Assembly: GCA_013239625.1 (NCBI GenBank)
Contig: MU056303.1
Span: forward strand, 9,604,049-9,668,048
Reading direction: 5' to 3'
DNA: 64,000 nucleotides
From: Lama guanicoe
Taxonomy: Eukaryota
Below the pieces are notes generated by a model, which was not told the origin of the DNA, made no database searches, and worked only from the letters and a program-made list of their open reading frames with translations. Shown here piece by piece: positions 63,679 through 64,000 of this stretch. The position numbers and the translations under genes were made by a program. The stretch's first letter is position 1. Every line of letters begins with the position of its first letter.

Positions 63679-64000
63679 TAAGGCTGGGCGGGCCCCCATC
63701 CCCCGCTGGAGAGCAGAGCCGGGTTGTCGGGGAAGGGTGCTTCCAAAACCAAGGGGCAAGGGGCACTGCCTCCCAGGGCAGCCTCTGTGGACAGGCAGGA
63801 CATAAGTCAGCTCTGGGACCACCTTGACGGAGGACGACATCCAGGCAAGGACTTTGAGATAGGCCCCTGTGTCCAGAGAGCAGTTCTCCCAGGACCAGAA
63901 GGCTATATGGATGTGGTCGGCTCCCCCGGGGCCTCCAGCCCTGAGGGGCTGGCCTGACCCTCCCTGTTGGGACCCTGAGAGACCATCCCTCCCTACAGCC

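Overview
Mammalian genomic DNA, most likely a camelid (inferred from a recurrent ~150-bp tRNA-derived SINE and the young L1 3' ends). It is syntenic with human 8p21.3. The 5' two-thirds of RHOBTB2 lies on the minus strand (coding exons 869-4652, CpG-island promoter ~8.5-9.6 kb). The first two exons of PEBP4 lie on the plus strand at the far end (63.2-63.7 kb). The ~54 kb between them is rich in LTR, L1, L2, MIR and DNA-transposon relics and has a second CpG island at ~50 kb. Main unexplained signals: (1) a plus-strand chain of ~9 phase-compatible exon-like segments at 10.4-15.2 kb, divergent from the RHOBTB2 promoter, reading as a ~330-aa protein with a few stops (candidate unannotated fossil gene); (2) a 1004-bp betaretrovirus-like env-tail+LTR element with TG..CA ends and a 6-bp TSD but no 5' LTR; (3) candidate in-frame alternative first exons for both genes and uORFs overlapping both main start codons. 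The N-runs behave like length-preserving masks, not true gaps. Repeat family names are by eye and from memory of consensus sequences, and many repeat boundaries are approximate.
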